This document shows positions 60,358-64,000 of a stretch of DNA of 64,000 bases, in pieces. The notes under the pieces are model-generated. The model saw only the letters and a list, made by a program, of their open reading frames with translations, ran no database searches and was not told the DNA's origin. The DNA comes from Salpingoeca rosetta (taxonomy: Eukaryota > Protista > Choanoflagellata), in NCBI GenBank assembly GCA_033442325.1, contig JAWQFM010000017.1:853947-917946 (forward strand). Reading direction: 5' to 3'. Numbering within the stretch: position 1 is the stretch's first letter; each line of letters opens with the position of its first letter. Position numbers and translations under genes: made by a program.

Positions 60358-61309
60358 GTTGTATCTGCGCACCCTTCATCTTGTAGAAGAAGAGCTTGGC
60401 CTCCTTGGTGTGGAGACGAGGCATGATCTTGTTGATGACCTGGAGCGATGCAGGGCAGCATGTCGCGGGTTGATGTTGAAAGGAAGGGGGGGAAGGAGGA
60501 GGAGGGATAAGTATGAGGAGTGAGGACGAGAAGAAGAATGGGAAGGGGGTAAGCACAAGAAACACACACACACGCACACAGACACACACACACACACGCA
60601 CAGACGCAGCACAGGCACACAGACACACACACACACACACGCACAGACACACACACGCGCGCGCGCACGCACGCGTCACTCACGTCGACGACGTCCCAGC
60701 ACAGGTCCACGAGCTCCTTCTCGACGCTGCGGAGGTACTCCTCCTGCTTCGACTGCAGCTGCTTCGCCTGCGGGCGTGAGTGGCGGGAAGTAAGGACACA
60801 TTTCATTGTGTGAACGTGTGTGCATGGCAACGCCTTGCACGCACGTAGGAGTAGCGCACGCGTGCATGTGCACGTGTTCATGCGAATGCGCCACGACACA
60901 TGATACAGCGAACATTGCGTACCGGCTGGGAGCTCGCCAGAATTCTCCAGGATGCACGCCGTGGAACTAAATGATAGCGTGTAAGCAGCGTGTGTGAGGT
61001 GGTGGCGGTGGTGCACTAGCAACAAAAGCAGGAGCAGAGAAGCAGAGGAGATGGCGGGCTAATTGTAGCAGACAAACAGCAGCCGTGAGTGCTCACCGAC
61101 GAGGTGGCGGTATGCGGCGGCAAAGAGGTGGCGGTCTGTAGAGGAGATTTCGCCCTCCGTGGCCAGCACAATGTCGCGGACCACATCAACCTGAAGTAGG
61201 GTGCATTCGCATGGGGGTGCATGTGCTGTACATGAGCGGGGCTTGAATGCTGGCGGCTTGCACGACAACGTTTTGACACCCGCAAAGTTCACACACACAC
61301 GCACGCACG

Positions 61310-61374
<65 letters not shown>

Positions 61375-61507
61375 ACACACACACACACACATGTCGCACC
61401 ATGTCGGTGAATCTGCCGGCCTGCTCGGCCATGCGGGCCATGAACCGTTGCTCCTTGACCGGGCTCATGGCCATGGCCGGTGGCATTGCGGTGGTGAAGG
61501 TCGTCAT
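59437..61507 (-). CDS. Divergent 14-3-3 family protein
   Basis: MARMAEQAGRFTDM, DRHLFAAAYRHLV|VPRRASWRIL, VEKELVDLC, FFYKMKG|DYFRYLAE, LGLVLNYAVF..EIL, IMQLLRDNLIMW. Confidence 0.88.
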
Positions 61508-62182
61508 GATAGGCGGCGGGCGGGCTCGTCGTATCGAGATGCTGATGCTGACGGCGTTGGCTCTTGGATCGTTCGTGCAGTTCTCACACAGCTCGTTGAC
61601 AGGGAAAATGAGCTGACGGAAGATGGTGGGATGAGTTGGTGGGTGACATGCGCAGCAGCAGTTCGTTGCCGATGATGTGATGTGTCTTGGCTTGCGTGGC
61701 TTGCGTCGTGTGGATGGCGTTGTTGGTGTTGCTCGGTCCTGACTCACCCACCTCCTTGGTGGTGACTTGGTTCGGGCAGGGGTGGCGGCGTTACAATGCT
61801 TTCCGCAACGCAAGACTGTCTGTGTGGGAGTGTAAGTGCGTGCCGCGTGGGGATGTGGGAGGACGCTGTGTGGTGGTGGTGGTGATGTCGTGTGTGTCTT
61901 CTTGCTTTTGTTGCTTGTGTGCTGTGGTGTCAGCCCATCAACACTTCAACGAAGAAGAGGAGAGGGAAGGCACGCGTGAGAATTCGAATGCGCGATTCGC
62001 GTGCGTCCGGAATTGCGAATGTGTCGTTTGTTGTTGCGTCGGGGGCCGTTTTTCGCGGGCTCGAAAAGTGGCGAAAATTACGTAAGACTTAAAACATGAC
62101 AAACGCGTTTTGTTCATGCACCACAAAAAAACCACGGACTTGGACCGGTGTGTTTCCACAATTTCGACTGAAGGGAAAGACG

Positions 62183-62627
62183 ATGACAACGCATCAAGAG
62201 CCAAAGGAAGGCGCAGCCTGCATGGTGCGTGTCGACGAAGATGGGTGCTGCTGCGCTTGCTTGTTTGTTTGTTTGCTTGCCTGTTTGCTTGCTTGCTTGC
62301 TTTGTGTCGCTGTTTGCCAGCTTCTTTGCTCGCTTCTCGCGCTCCTTGCGTCCTTGCTTTGCTTGACCATGCTCATCGTACACGCACGTGTGCGTGCGCA
62401 GTGCTGCTTTGATGAACTGCGCAACAAGGTCGGCAGTGAGGGTGAGGATGAAGAGCCCATCAACTACGTCGAGTACCGCACATCGCCGTCCAGCCCGTGG
62501 AAGCCATCCGGCTACTGCGAGGTGTGTGTGTGTGTTTGTCTTTGCGCATGCGTGGTGTTTCACACGCCACAGTATGTACACGCACACACACACGCACACA
62601 CACACTCTCTCTCTTCTCTCTCTCTCT

Positions 62628-62683
<56 letters not shown>

Positions 62684-63150
62684 AACATGTACGTGCGCAC
62701 ATGCACTCATATGCACACTTGCAGGACTGCTTGAGGCATCTGATGTCCATCAAGTTCAACAAGTTCCTCGATGATGTCAAAAAGGCAGACTGCGGGCGCA
62801 GCCTGCGAAACCTCTTGCTCGCCGGCCCGCCGCTGTACATGAAGGATGCCACGGCTCTGCCTGTCGACGATGACGAAGATGACAACGGCCCCAAGAAGGC
62901 CAACGACGATGATGACGGCGACGAAGAGAGCAAGCCGGCAGCGCAGGCAGCGACCAAGGAGGTGACAGAGCTGTGGTTTGCGTCCAGCGATTCCGAGGCG
63001 CCTGCCAAGGTGGACAACGCCGTGGAAGGCACCGAGCGCTCAAAGCTGTGGCTGCAGCTGATTGTGGACAACAAGGCACGGCTCGACGACTCAACTAGCC
63101 TGGACAACCTCATCGCCACACTCAAGGCAGAGGTTGGCGACGCAGAATGA
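62183..63150 (+). CDS. Unknown protein with a putative Zn-binding CxxC...CxxC, 3 exons
   Basis: [14 protein letters not shown]|CCFDEL...[20 protein letters not shown]|DCLRHL...[16 protein letters not shown]; clean GT-AG junctions and coding-like codon usage. Confidence 0.72.
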
Positions 63151-63375
63151 GGGGGTGCGTGTGTGTGTGCGTGTGTGTGTGTACAAGTGTACATGTGTGT
63201 GCGTGTGTGTGTGTACATGTGTGTGTGAATAAGTGTACATGTGTGTGTGCGAAGAAGTGTACATTTCCTGTTTCTGACGGGGCATACTTGTTCCACCCAT
63301 TCCATTCATGTCGTTTATTTCCCGAGGGCCATGCCGAGCGGTAGTAACTGTTGTAGCGATAACGGTGATGTTCGT

Positions 63376-63782
63376 CTATCTGTGCTTCTTAATGGAACTC
63401 TGTTTAAACCGTGGAACTTCCTCCAACAAAAATGTCCTGCGTGTACGTGGACGTGAATATGCGTGAAAATGTGTAAATGTGTGTGTGTGTGTGTGAGCGC
63501 CAACGCACGCGAACCGAAGCAAGCGACGCCAAGGTTGCACCACAGAAGAGTACACACACGTACACACACACACACACGTGTACACTGGTGCACCTGATGC
63601 GCGTTGCGAGCTCTGTGCCGTGCCAGCGGGGGCTGTACGGGTACTCGCTGTACTGCGTACGGATTGGGTGCCCAGCAGCATCGTCGTGGTAGACAGACTG
63701 CAGTATGAGTGTCGGCTGCTGCTCCGGGAAGCGTGAGGAAATGCGCACGTGCAGAAGCACATGAAACTGGTCCACCTGCCAC

Positions 63783-63873
<91 letters not shown>

Positions 63874-64000
63874 AAATGAAAAAAAGAACGACACAAACGC
63901 ACGACAGCATCGGGACGGAAAGTGTCGCAGGGGAAGGAGAGATGTATCCCGACAGCTCCTTCCCCCCCCCAAACAAAAAAATCTAAATAGTGACCTCACA
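63376..64000 (-). CDS. BABAM2: BRE/BRCC45 (BRISC and BRCA1-A complex member 2), 3' end only
   Basis: Exon ~63593-63776 FHVLLHVRISSRFPEQQPTLILQSVYH...YPYSPRW...LATRI; last exon TFLLEEVPRFKQSSIKKHR*; matches the BRE C-terminal signature FP..QP.L..QSVYH / YPYSPRW. Confidence 0.88.

Overview
Gene-dense, intron-rich eukaryotic genomic DNA. Introns are GT-AG and filled with (TG)n/(CA)n microsatellites, coding sequence is GC-rich, and there is one 100-N gap at 58438-58537. Gene content (AKAP10, BABAM2, UCKL1, GNL1, EGF/phosphotyrosine-motif receptors) and repeat style suggest a choanoflagellate such as Salpingoeca rosetta (inference). I reconstructed 17 protein-coding genes by hand: a tail-anchored golgin (5' truncated), a bacterial-type histidine phosphatase, a type I membrane protein with a golvesin/xanthan-lyase-CBD-like domain, PP2C, gamma-glutamyltranspeptidase, GNL1, three tandem paralogous receptor-like genes, UCKL1, an intronless CaMKK, anamorsin, Tim13, AKAP10, a divergent 14-3-3, a Cys-containing unknown protein, and the 3' end of BABAM2. 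Two observations stand out. (1) The three paralogous receptors (25023-37764) lack any catalytic domain. Each has an unrecognised N-terminal domain, Cys-rich/EGF modules, a mucin stalk, one TM helix and a tail of repeated YxxL motifs, including pairs with ITAM spacing. (2) Repeats show a strong polarity: on the sense strand UG-rich repeats follow splice donors and CA-rich repeats precede acceptors. Most ORFs in the supplied track are microsatellite artefacts. Gene coordinates span start to stop including introns and are hand-derived.
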